From Glycera tridactyla (taxonomy: Eukaryota), in the NCBI GenBank assembly GCA_965644265.1, contig OZ286459.1, forward strand, positions 99,386,001 to 99,450,000: DNA of 64,000 nt. Direction: 5' to 3'. The position numbers and the translations under genes were made by a program. The notes under the pieces are model-generated. The model was given only the letters and a program-made list of their open reading frames with translations, did not search any database and was not told where the DNA came from. Below, one piece after another: positions 14,143-26,481 of this stretch. Every line of letters starts with the position of its first letter. Position 1 is the stretch's first letter.

Positions 14143-14588
14143 TACACTATATGTACAGATTGTAGCGAATATCCCTGATAGTCATCTGGTGAGCTGAAGC
14201 ATAACATGTCAGACACCTGCAAGTTCCACTCTCAAATCAGGCCTTNNNNNNNNNNNNNNNNNNNNNNNNNNNNNNNNNNNNNNNNNNNNNNNNNNNNNNN
14301 NNNNNNNNNNNNNNNNNNNNNNNNNNNNNNNNNNNNNNNNNNNNNNNNNNNNNNNNNNNNNNNNNNNNNNNNNNNNNNNNNNNNNNNNNNNNNNNNNNNN
14401 NNNNNNNNNNNNNNNNNNNNNNNNNNNNNNNNNNNNNNNNNNNNNNNNNNNNNNNNNNNNNNNNNNNNNNNNNNNNNNNNNNNNNNNNNNNNNNNNNNNN
14501 NNNNNNNNNNNNNNNNNNNNNNNNNNNNNNNNNNNNNNNNNNNNNNNNNNNNNNNNNNNNNNNNNNNNNNNNNNNNNNNNNNNNNNNN

Positions 14589-14641
14589 TGTCAGAGACAT
14601 ATTTCCAGATTGTACTGGCAACAGGTCCATGAAATGTGTTC
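14589..14641 (-). mobile_element. SINE family A fragment between N-runs
   Basis: Near-identical to the SINE A body at 9578-9630 and 55640-55700. Confidence 0.8.
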
Positions 14642-16474
14642 NNNNNNNNNNNNNNNNNNNNNNNNNNNNNNNNNNNNNNNNNNNNNNNNNNNNNNNNNNN
14701 NNNNNNNNNNNNNNNNNNNNNNNNNNNNNNNNNNNNNNNNNNNNNNNNNNNNNNNNNNNNNNNNNNNNNNNNNNNNNNNNNNNNNNNNACACCCACACCC
14801 ACACATGCATACAGACACNNNNNNNNNNNNNNNNNNNNNNNNNNNNNNNNNNNNNNNNNNNNNNNNNNNNNNNNNNNNNNNNNNNNNNNNNNNNNNNNNN
14901 NNNNNNNNNNNNNNNNNNNNNNNNNNNNNNNNNNNNNNNNNNNNNNNNNNNNNNNNNNNNNNNNNNNNNNNNNNNNNNNNNNNNNNNNNNNNNNNNNNNN
15001 NNNNNNNNNNNNNNNNNTGAGCCAACCTCTAAGTTGACGCACACAAACACATGCACACACGGACGCACACACAGAATCTAGGTCAGGGAATCCAAACTGG
15101 TTAGAATTGTGAAGACCTAATACAGCAGGTACACATACAGTAATTACTCAGATTTCGGGGTTATATACTCACAATCACCATAACATGGTTACTTTCTAAA
15201 TAGATTTTTTGTACTGATAATAGGTTGCTTGCATGTATGCTTCACAGTCTAGCATATCAAGGAAACCACTTCAAAGCCCCAGGAGGGGATCAATCTAGCT
15301 GATGGAGACTCAGGTATTATACCCTTTCATGGCGGAAGAAATTATGGATATATTTACCTGTACACAGCTGTACACTATAAAAGAAACCACCCTACTCCAA
15401 CAGAAGACAGCACTAGTGATTCTCCTTGTGGCTGCCCAATCAGCAGGTCCATAAGCAGTTTTCACTCTAAAATCTTTTGTAGCACAGCAGGTAAAATATT
15501 TGAGGAATGCAGATGAAATTCCAATTCACTTGCCTGAAGCCCACCTGAAGTCTGAAGTGAAAAAATGTTACCATACATCCCTGAAATATGTCCAAGTATA
15601 GTCAAACCTTCCCATAGAGACCATCCTCAGTGACATCAAAATGTGGTCTTCATTAATAGGTGATCATTGTTGAGAGAAATTGGTAGAATGTGATATTTCA
15701 AATCCAGGAACGAAATTGTACTGTGTTTCAAAGTATTTCTTCTGTCTGCTGTCACTCAACTGACTATGTGATGGTTGATGCATTTTTTTTTCACCCAAAT
15801 TTGAATTTTTAGCAGAGAATGTAGATTTCTGGACTTTGCCGTTGGAGAATATACATTTTCGATGATCAAGAGTTCACTATCCCAATTCTCTAACTCATCC
15901 TCACAGAAATCCGGAGATTCTAGTGTACCATAGATAATATAAAACCCAGTATTTTCAATGAGATCATGTAAACAGGGCCTGATCATGCTCAAATTTTTCC
16001 AGCTAAAATTGTCAGTGGGTGATACTCCCAAATTGTCCAGAAAATCTGCCATTTATTGTGACACCACATGGAGAAAAGAGGAAATAGCATTGGTGGCAAA
16101 TTCTATTTTGTGTTAGTATTGAATCCTCCCATTGAATTGGCGAGTTGTTGGTTTGGGCTGGGGTTGGGCAAGCGTTGTGGCAGTGATGCGTGTGTGATGT
16201 GGGGATGGCTGTCGGTATCCGAGGAGGATCGGGGACTGAAGTGACCATGAGCGAGCACAGGCCTTCAGCTGCCAGTGATCAAATCTTCTGGACAATTGAG
16301 TTTGCTCTCTCATGCTCACACGCGGCTACAGTCACCTGCGAATATTCCTCCTCAAGCATCTTCCATGCAAGTCTGGCCACCCAATACATGGCAAAGATAT
16401 AGCCAAGACCCCCCCCCCCCCCCCCCCTCATATACATCCTCAATAGCTTATAAACTCCTGTTATTGGGATCATA

Positions 16475-16625
16475 CAGTGAAACCTGCAAGAAGACACCAC
16501 AGCAAGTGAAGAGACTGCTCCCTAACGGCAGCTCCTCTACTTGACATAGTCAAATGTACCTTTTGTGAGACCACCCCTCTTCAAAGACCGCTTTTGGATG
16601 ACATTCAAGGTGGTTTCTTGTCTGC
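16475..16625. mobile_element. Degenerate MITE family 3
   Basis: TACAGTGAAACCTGCAAG start and CATAGTCAAATGTACC core. Confidence 0.6.
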
Positions 16626-17486
16626 TTCATTGCCATGTAGCATTGAAGCTGAGATCAACAATATCAGGATTTGATAGAGGCTCATATGAGCAAACATAAT
16701 CAGGACTGATGCTAAGGAATCAAAGGTATAATCTATCTCTATGCAACATGTAATCTGAATGTGGCCTCCATCAAAGGTTGGCCCGAAAAATAGGTGTTGT
16801 GGGGAAAATGGTGCAATACAACAAAATTCACTACTTTCATCATGAAGTGTGATATGTTATATCAACTTCAGACCCTTGCAAAACTGGACATGGCAGCCGG
16901 TCCAAGTTTGAAGGAATCATGACTCCAGACCAATCCAATCCATAGCTCCCTAAAGACAGCGAGTAGATCCATAATGGATGAATAACCATCTGAAAATGAG
17001 AACTCAAAGAGCAAGAGGCCCACACAAGAAAACTCATAATGAATTTGATTTCAAGAAAATACTGAAGAATACACCGTTGTGCCAACTCTCTGTCCCATGC
17101 AAGGCTCTACATTGGCCAAAATATATTTGAAGTTTTTGGTAGCCAGTGCAAAATTTCGGTAGCTAGTCAATACATTGCCAATCACAACCTCTTAAAATTA
17201 GGGGTGGCTGGCTCCTAACTTTTAAAATATGGTAGCCAGAGGGTAAATTCAGTAGGCATTGGCTACCCACAGGTAGCAAAGTATGAATATTCTACAGTGA
17301 AACATGTGAAGAGGTATTCAAGAATGATGAGAAGTGTTCTTGCCAAATGCTTATACATCAGAGCAATCACTGTATCATGTTGGAAGAGTTATGGGAGTGT
17401 GGAAACATTGCACATGATGTCATGAAGCTGATGATCATGCTGCCATGCAGCTGAAGCCACCACGGCAAGTGACGTCATCATCGCTG

Positions 17487-17509
17487 GCTGCTGCTGCTGC
17501 TGCTGCTGC
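17487..17509. repeat. (GCT)n trinucleotide repeat
   Basis: About 8 units. Confidence 0.9.
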
Positions 17510-18556
17510 CCTGATCCCAAAGCTCTCCTACCTCTCCTGAATCATCTAAACCTGCCAGAGAATCACCTTCGTTCGGAACCACTACATTTTGTCACCACAT
17601 GTGAAAGATTATTGCCACTATATGATAATGTTGATCAATGAAATATGACACACTATTTTTGCAGAGAAGTAACTATTCATACAACCTTTGTCCTCGAAAA
17701 TGTCAACCTGCTTACCTGAAAACAAACCACAGAATGTTGATAAGAATGAGATTTCGTAATTAACAAATAAATTCAAGAGATACCCACAGTGAAACCGAGA
17801 CAGAATGATGCAATTGCAAGCTCTGGCCATTTTTTTATGGCTTTTGTCATCATCATCATTGTCATAGATGTCATCATCAGCAACTGAAAAGGCATAGCAG
17901 AGTTGATTTATTAGATTTGAAACCCGATCTTTCTCGATAGAACTTCAACAACGGAGGCTAGCAGCCTTCAAATTTGTAATGGGATTTGATTCCAGTGGCT
18001 AGATTTCCATTAGCTTGTCAGTAATGGTGAAAATACAATCATGCAGAAATTGATTCAGTCCTAATTACGGTTACAATCCTGCAGCAGAGAGAAGAGATGA
18101 TGGAAATTAAGATAAACAAACATGTACAAAACGTCAAAAGATATGGGTGAGAAGAGCACACAGTTCCCTCAATACTGAGTGGAATCAATTTGCTCGGTGC
18201 TGCGCTCCCCATGAGGCCACAGAGATTGTGGTGAAGGAAGTAAAAATGTGGTATTGATTGGCTGGGAGAGCATTCCGCATATTCTGTTATGTCGCCTAGT
18301 TCTAGCGTATTGTCTGCTCTGCTAGACAACCAAATGGACTTTGATAGGTCAATTGGGCGTATAACTGACAAGGAGCCCTGACATGACATCGTGCAATGGA
18401 TCAGTCAATTCTTCCACCGTCAATTACTGCCGAACCGAGTCAATACCACAAACGCAGTCTCACTTGCAGCCATTGGTTGAGGCCTCTCAGCTAAGTGGAG
18501 ACAAATGACCATTCTACCCAGTCGGGCAGGCTGAAATTAATATATTCGTGAACATG

Positions 18557-18830
18557 CTGTGAAACCTGCAATGAGAGACCGCCCTAAAGGATTATGACGA
18601 GGGGTCTCAAGATTGGTGGTCTCTCATTGGAATTCATTTGACAGAGGAGGCGCCTTCAGAAATTTGGTTAATTTCCTCAAACACGCTGTAAAATCTGCAA
18701 TAGGAGATCACCGTGAAGGATATCAAAAAGTGGTCTCAAAAATGCATGTCTCTCATTAGCAGTACAACTGACAGAGCCTTCAAAAATTTGGTTTCTTAAA
18801 ACAAGTAGTTTCTCTTCAGCAGGTATCATC
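18557..18830. mobile_element. Tandem pair of MITE-derived units (about 129-bp period)
   Basis: CTGTGAAACCTGCAATGAGAGACC at 18557 and CTGTAAAATCTGCAATAGGAGATC at 18686, each followed by GACAGAG..CCTTCA.AAATTTGGTT. Confidence 0.55.
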
Positions 18831-18861
18831 ACAGTCCAATTGTACTTATTGTAATTGATAA

Positions 18862-19015
18862 ATATCTATATAATGTGAAAAGTAGAGGGCCCAGTATTGA
18901 ACCCCGGGGGACCCCACAGATTACTTGTCTTCACTCGGATAGGACCCCAATTTCAAGTGGGTTTTTTTCTGTGATCGGCCAGTAATGAAGGATTCAAACC
19001 AAAGTAGCTCAGTTT
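18862..19015 (-). mobile_element. Fossil CR1/L2-type LINE reverse-transcriptase fragment
   Basis: The minus strand reads ELLWFESFITGRSQ (frameshift) GVLSE*RQVICGVPRGSILGPLLFTLY. This matches the WFxSYLxxRxQ and GVPQGSILGPLLF motifs of non-LTR RTs; the fragment contains a stop and a frameshift. Confidence 0.85.
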
Positions 19016-20946
19016 CATGAACCTGTTGGATCCACAATGACAGATGGTCCGTTAGTCTTCAAATTTTGGTGATGTTCCACCTCTTGGATACAAATTTGAT
19101 GCTACCACCTGCTGTCATGTGCCAACTCCACATGACATCATGATGGTTCACCTCTCCAAATTGACATAAGAAAAACACTTCCCGATGAGACTTTACTCAA
19201 GATTCTCCACTCATTGGTAAATGAGTGGGAATAAGGCGAAGGTTAAAGGAAGCACTAGTCACACAAATCTGGAGCGGTTAAATGCAGGCGGTTGACATGC
19301 GATCAAGGTGACTGAGCCCGTCTTCTCCAATTGGTCGTGAGACCACCTGCAACTGCTGAAAGACTGTGATAAATGAAATTTGGCATAGTGACTTTATCGA
19401 CAGGGAGTGTAATGGCGGCCACCATCCAGTTGATGTGCACTTCCTGCTGGCACTCAAATCACCTCATCAAAGTTACTTTTATGGTAAAACACCACAGCTA
19501 TGAAGACAAGATCTGTGCTTGCAGCCACGTTGTCAACCCTCCTAGAGCCACCTAAGATTTGCTCACTCACTCACTCTCGCAGGTCTCTGACATATATTTA
19601 GAGAGGGGGGGGGGGGGGGGGGGGGGGGACTTCAAACTAGGACAGGAGATAACCAGAGAAATAAGAACACATCTGATGGAAAGGTGTAATACTATAAGGA
19701 AATGTGTGTTCAAAACAAGTTCAATGACCTCTCTGATTGATGTGAATGAAAGTTCTCTATCACAAATTGGAAACTCTCCAAATTAGGTCTATTTATTTGA
19801 TGGCTTTCAGACATCTTGCAGCTGTGGATTCAATGCGGGAGTGATAGCCGATGGATAAAAGTCCAGCAGATGCAATCAATGAATCTGGCCATAAGCTGCC
19901 ACAATGAATGAATAAAATGAAACTCTTCATATGAAAACCTAAGACCCTCACCTGTAAAGTGAAACTTGAGACTAAAAAATATATAACATTGGTTCCTATT
20001 TGGATGGTCACTGTCACAAGCTTCAATATACATCAATTAAAGGATTGGGGTTAGAAATGACTATGATCAGTTTTCTGTGCATTGTATGTACCACAAAGTA
20101 ACAAGAGCACCAAAAGAGAGGATTTGCTCAGTCCGCTATCTCAAAGAGCAATATGATGGTTTGTGTGAATGCCATATGTGTGAGAATGTAACTTTTGCTA
20201 ATTGCGAAATGTAGGTAAAACAATCTGGTGTTTTCTCCTCTTTCCATATATCTATTCAACCATGCCAGCGAGTGAACCACATTTGAAATACGGGCTTCTA
20301 ATTATACAAATTAGGAGGCCGGTGAGGCTTTATCATGGAATCTAGACAGTTGAAGTGAGTTAAGAAAACCTGCCTCCACATGATTTTTTGTGGTGAAAAA
20401 GCAAGTATGCATGAAGATCGAGTAAAGTGAAGTATATCCCACTTGGTGGTCCTGCCATGAGAATTCATGATGCCCTAATCACAATCATGTCAATATGATA
20501 GGAATATTTCGAATGACACGTTTGAGAGAGCCCTGTTGTTTAGTCATCGGCCGAAAAACGAGATGAGTTGTGAATCAGATTTCTCAGAATACCCAATTAA
20601 TCAACTTCTCAGATAGGTAGAATTGATTTGACACATCAGTTGGTTCAAAACAAAGCAATCAGCGAGCGAGCTGAGACTGGGTGTATCTCCGTCCCTCTTC
20701 AAGGTGGCTTTCACTGCATGAATAGGTAGATGAGCACCAAGGACAGAGATGTACAAGGAACAAACGGAGAGATGTCTACCCTCATAATGATGATCAGGTG
20801 GTGTGTGCCACAAAAAGTACATGTATGTGCAAGCTATAATATCATACAATACAGTTGAAACTGTGTTATCAAACCCCCTGGCTGGGGATCACCTGTTCCG
20901 GGAGATCACTTTCTGGGGCCCCTTTTTCATCTGACATAGTCATATA

Positions 20947-21739
20947 CAGTCAAACCTGCTCATAACGGCCGTCGACGGTCGCATCTAAAAGTGGCCGCTG
21001 TCAGGGGTTGGCGGCTACACACAGGCAGATTCGAATAACTGGGCCCAGTCACAAAGATGACATGCTCATCATACCAAATACTCCCAATATCGCCCGCTGA
21101 TCTTTCGCTGAATAAACATCTATATTCGCCAAATATTTTGCAAAATATATGCAAATGGCACGAAGAAGACATTACTATTGACAAATGCCGGTATTTTCAT
21201 GAAGAAATATCGCTTTTATTCACAAGAAATGAAAAAAAATCGTGAGATTCCCGCCATGTGAAACTGACTGCGTGTATTTGACTCCACATCCGGGAACTTC
21301 AGCACCTTGTGACTATACATAACAATGGCGCCGGCCTTTCGTTTTTATCATGAAATACATGCTTGTTTGACGTTGAAACGTGTCTTCTGTGGCGGGAACC
21401 TCCTCATCATGGATATACACTATGAATCATCGAAGTATGAAGCGTGAATGACATAACAATAGCCGGGGTAAGCCACGAGTTGGTCTCTCTACCAGTTGTC
21501 AACGCGGCTTTCTTTGTTCTATCGCCCTGGCGCCTTCTCAGATTACCGATTGCAATCGACAATTTCGAATTCTGGCGGCCGCTATTGGCAGTGTTTCCTT
21601 AAGAAGTTAGTCAAATATTGTGGCCGATGGCCGCAGTCAGGGGGTGGCCGCTACACAGAGGTAATTTATAGTGAAATTTAGACGGTCGTCGGTGACAGTG
21701 GCCGTTATCGGCGAGTGGCCGCTACACACAGGTACCACT
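20947..21739. mobile_element. Young CpG-rich non-autonomous Tc1/mariner-type element (about 790 bp)
   Basis: TA|CAGTCAAACCTGCTCATAACGGCCG left end, GTGGCCGCTACACACAGGTACCACT right end, repeated GTGGCCGCT subterminal motifs, CpG retained, no transposase ORF. Confidence 0.75.
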
Positions 21740-22902
21740 AACAAGAAACCACCATTTTGTATGATGACTTTTCACTGCCATATAGGGTGGTCCTTCATCA
21801 CAGATTTCACTGACATCAAGCCAGTCGACTATGAATTCAATTACCATTTCTACAATCCAGACTGTTACAAATCCGCCAGGAATGAGGATTGATTTCTGAC
21901 AGAGACGGATTGATTAGAATGTTTCTCAGAGCGAATGAGAATATGGTACTGCAGTTTTCTACAATGGGAATCAATGAAGTAATGGGTGGGTGAAGGCTGC
22001 CTTTAACAGGCACCATTGCTTCAGTGGACAACGTCCAGTTGCTATAGTTGATGATTTACTGGCTTTATTAGTTAAGCATCCAAGTTGCCTCCATCTTCAC
22101 CATTGACATGAGTCAACAACTACTGTAACCAACTATAGGATACATGCTTTTGACACACTAGTTTCCACAAGCTCCATGCATCAATCAATATGATGCCATG
22201 TCAAGAAATGTGTTCCCATTGTTCAAAGGGGAAGCCTTTCCGAGCCAGAACAAGGCACTGAGAGCCATTTCCCCTCTGAGAATTAGAAGCATGGGGTGCC
22301 GTCTCCATCCATACAAACCATAGTGAACAATGCTCATCAGATAAATTTGTCACATCTTGCCTTGTGTCCATTGTTTGCAACTGAGTCTCAACAAATTTAC
22401 AGGAAAATTTGAACTACACAGACCCAATCATGCATCCCATTTTCTCCCATGACAATGTTTTCAACCATCTGTGAAGGCTTCTACACATCTTGAATGGGTC
22501 TAGTCTTGCTGAAAAAAATATATTTCCCATTTTTCTCCTGTTTTTTTTTTCCAGAAAGATGACAGTGTTAGCTGAAACTTTGGTACCTTGATATAGCAAG
22601 AGAGGAGCAAGATGTTTAAGTCTATCCATGTATCCATTTGAAAGATCCATGCCAATTATTCAAACTCCTAGGTAAGATTCAGGGGAATGATCCTGTTGTG
22701 ATCTCCTCCTATACCCCATAGTGACGGATGCTGCTAGGGTGGAAAGCCACAATCCATCCAACTGATCCATGAGGAGAAAACAATGGAATCGGCATTTGCT
22801 TGAACAACAGCATGTTTCATTCATCAAGTAATTAAGATCTGTCTGAACCACTCGAATTTTCAGGTTGGATTTCTCCCAGTTCAATCTGGTCATGGTTTGA
22901 AA

Positions 22903-23584
22903 CATCCCCAGTATAACTCAAGTAAAGATTGGTCAATTTCGCAAACCTCACTGATCTAATTCATAGGGGCAGCAGAATAAAGACCATTCCCAGTATAACT
23001 CAAGTGGAGACCACACTTCCCAAACATAGGGGCGGCAGAATAAGACCATTCCCAGTATAACTCAAGTAGAGACCACACTTCGAAAACCTGGCTGATCTAA
23101 TTGATAGGGGCAGCAGAATAAACACATTCCCAGTATAACTCAAGTAGAGACCACACAATTTCGCAAACCTGGCTGATCTAATTGATAGGGGCAGCAGAAT
23201 AAACACATTCCCAGTATAACTCAAGTAGAGACCACACAATTTCGCAAACCTGGCTGATCTAATTGATAGGGGCAGCAGAATAAACACATTCCCAGTATAA
23301 CTCAAGTGGAGACCACACTTCCCAAACATAGGGGCGGCAGAATAAGACCATTCCCAGTATAACTCAAGTAGAGACCACACTTCGAAAACCTGGCTGATCT
23401 AATTGATAGGAGCAGCAGAATAAACACATTCCCAGTATAACTCAAGTGGAGACCACACTTTGGAAACCTCGATGATCTGATTGATAGGAGCAGTGGAATA
23501 AACACATTCCCAGTATAACTCAAGTAGAGACCACACAATTTCGCAAACCTGGCTGATCTAATTGATAGGGGCAGCAGAATAAGA
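22903..23584. repeat. Minisatellite of 9 units (62/78/81 bp) with higher-order structure
   Basis: Unit starts (CATTCCCAGTATAACTCAAGT) at 22903, 22985, 23047, 23125, 23206, 23287, 23349, 23427 and 23505. Confidence 0.95.
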
Positions 23585-25059
23585 TCGATCTTGCTGTTCA
23601 AAACAATTAAATATGAGCAGGAGACGAAGACTAAATGTGAGATCGGATGTAGAATGATGGATGACGTCTAATGAATAATAGAGGGAGAGCAGGATGCATC
23701 TTTCAGCATACTTGAGTTGGATGATCCGCTCTCACGGCACCGCATAAGTCATCCTTCATGCCACTTTATTAGTGCTCTAACATCAAATCCTATCCTGCAA
23801 GCCAGTCACTTCATGTCCAAATGGGAATCTGTGCATTTAGTGGTACATCTAATGACAAGCTCTGTTTACCTCGTGAAGTTTGCCTGGCTGACCAGAAGAC
23901 CCAACATGCCGACCCACCCACCACTCAGATATTCCACACTCCTGCACCCTGGACACACAGATCGAACACGTATAGAGCACAATTCATTCAGAAATGTACC
24001 TTGCTGGCACATATTTCCATAGCATTTCACTGATCGCATCAATGAATACAGCCTTGCTCTAAATTGCTTAACAGTAGAAGAAAAACAATGAAAAGATTGG
24101 ACGTCTCAAATATACCCCTGTCTTATGAATGGACAGCAAGGTTACTCTCGAAATCAGGCATTCTCATTTCTTGGGCACATATGCTCAGGCTACATGAGAG
24201 TGTTCTGGGTGTGCCCATTCAGGCATGAGAAATTTCTCAAGGAATGTTTTCATTATCCACTGACTGATGGATAACACCAGTGCTGCAGATCTATATGAGG
24301 CATGTGAATGAACAAGATGAACGAGAAAGTCAGGTTTCTTTCATAGTTCAATTGACTTGGCAGTTGAGGGTGAAAATTCGAGGGTGAAAATTTTCATCTC
24401 GAAAACCAAAACCAAAAACTATCATTGTGCAGTATGATGATGATGTGGGATTTTGATGATGGTCATTGGGTCTGACTGTTGGTCACATGACTGAGATTGT
24501 TCAAATCTCAGCAATTACCAACAGAGAAGTTTTTGGATATCATTTGCTATGCATGCTAAATTTTCAAATCCAATACATAAAAGTAACTAATAGATGCTCC
24601 CTCACGGTGGTTTTCATAAACCCTCACAAAATCGAGTCGATTAATTTCAGCAGGAACTGAATTTGAATTTCTTAGCTTGAATGTGAATTGCATATTTACT
24701 TACAAATATTCAATCACTGTGTTGGTGTTTCTGGGTGAGAGTTGGACATTTACTGCCCTATGCCATGGTGACAAATAGCAAATAAAGACAGACATCCATC
24801 TAAGCATGTGCTTTTAAATCAATGTACGCTGTCTTTCAACTCTGCTCAATTTCATTAGGAAACTATCTCACTAAATTATTTCAGCACATTTCATCCTTAT
24901 TATCTAGATTCCCCCTGACACAGCGCAAGCTTTTATAGGTGTCAAGCATCTATACTATGTAGCAGAAAGGTAGAAGATGAAAGCATCCACATTCATCCAC
25001 AACAATTGACAACAGATATCACCCCAAGAGATGAAAAGGACAAAAAGTATTCAAATGCT

Positions 25060-25180
25060 GATAAACAGCAGTTGCCCCCCAGTTTGGTTCATTTTCATGT
25101 GATTAGCATTGCTATATTGGATCAGTTCTGCAATTGCCTTCTGTGGCTTCAATGGAAGACTATTTACGGATGGCTTCATG
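25060..25180 (-). mobile_element. Possible LINE RT C-terminal fossil
   Basis: QKAIAELIQYSNANHMKMN resembles the LQxxLxxLxxWSxxNxMKxN region downstream of the RT catalytic motif; resemblance by eye only. Confidence 0.3.
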
Positions 25181-25443
25181 CCATGGGAGAGCAGGCAGGC
25201 AATGGATAATACTTTTAGAGAGGTCCGCTGACATCTCTGACTGCAGCTCACAAACATCAATGTAGTCCTATGTGACCTTGGGAAAGAGTTGCCTAGAGAC
25301 AGTATTTGATCAGTATACACACCATAATCAAGTTAGTTTGACTTGGCAGTGGCAAGCTGCTGCATAGATGACCAGGAAGCTACGCTGATCATATTTCTTA
25401 CTAATCAAGACTGCCCCACCCATTCCACCAATGATCAGCTTCA

Positions 25444-26068
25444 TAGAACTGTACAATGCCTCCCCGGACCTACACAATGCCATCCTTGAGCTGCACAATG
25501 CCTCCCGGAAGCTGCACAATGTCTGCCTAGAACTGCAAATTGCCCCCTGGAGCTGCACAATGCTACCTGGGAGCAACACAATGCCATCCTGGAGATGCAA
25601 TTTGCCTCCCTGGAGCTACATGGTGCATCCCTGGAACTGCACAATGTCACCCGAGCTACGAAATGTCACCCTAGAGCTGCACAATGCCTCCCTGGAACTA
25701 CACAATGTCACTCTGGAGCTGCACAATGTCACCCTGGAGCTGTACAATGTCACCCTGGAGCTGTACAATGTCGCCGTGGAGCGACACAATATCTCCCTGG
25801 AGCTACACAATATCTCCCTGGAGCTACACATTGGCACCCAGGAGCTGCACAATGCCGCCCGGAGATACAATGCCGCCCTGGAACTGTACAATGCCGCCCT
25901 GGAATTGTACAATGCCACCCTTGAGCTACACAATGTCAACTGGGAGTTACACAATGTCTCCCTGGAGCTGCCCAATGTCGCCCTGCAGGTACACAATGTC
26001 TATCTGGAGCTGTTAAATACCTTTTTGAAGGTGCACAATGTAATCCTGGAACTGCACAATGCCTCCCT
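25444..26068 (+). repeat. 21-bp minisatellite, about 30 copies, consensus CTGGAGCTGCACAATGTCACC
   Basis: Direct inspection. It explains the overlapping repetitive ORFs (LELHNVT / PWSCTMS / GAAQCHP frames). Confidence 0.95.
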
Positions 26069-26481
26069 GCACAAAAGCACCTGGCAACTCCGTCCCAAAC
26101 ACATCTCAGCAAGCAATGCAATGTGTATCATTCAAACTTATTTCTTGAAGTTATCTATGTTGAGTCATTGCCAGCTCAATGGCACTCACATGTGATCATG
26201 ACACCAAATGGCGTCTGCACCATGATTAATCTGACTACAGATATAGTTACCATGACAAGAAAATTATTTCAGGTTTGAGGCAGACAGCAGGTGAACTCAT
26301 CTTTCCCTTGATGTCTCCAATGCATTCTCACCTAATCTGATTGGGAGCACATGCACTTTAGAAGTCCCCAGTTTTGTGGGCCTGGCGTATTCACGCGGTA
26401 TGCAGGCGGGCTAGCTGGAACCCACCCGTGGCGATGAACCAGTTGAGGGCGACTATGCGAGCAGCAAGTCGAGCGCCTTAC

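Noticed and set aside
15756-16052. 98-aa ORF with protein-like composition
   Set aside because: No recognisable motif; several ORFs of this length are expected by chance in 64 kb across six frames.
22903-23584. CRISPR or TIGR-like repeat-spacer array
   Set aside because: The variable segments are homologous to each other and recur. No cas or Nop-domain ORF is nearby, and the context is eukaryotic; this is a minisatellite.
23000-23601. Minus-strand ORFs with a 26-27 aa repeat (CGLYLSYTGNVFILLPLSIRSARF)
   Set aside because: A by-product of the 78/81-bp units; the 62-bp units break the frame.
25595-26121. Alternative-frame and antisense ORFs in the 21-bp array
   Set aside because: The repeat unit lacks stops in these frames, so openness is uninformative.
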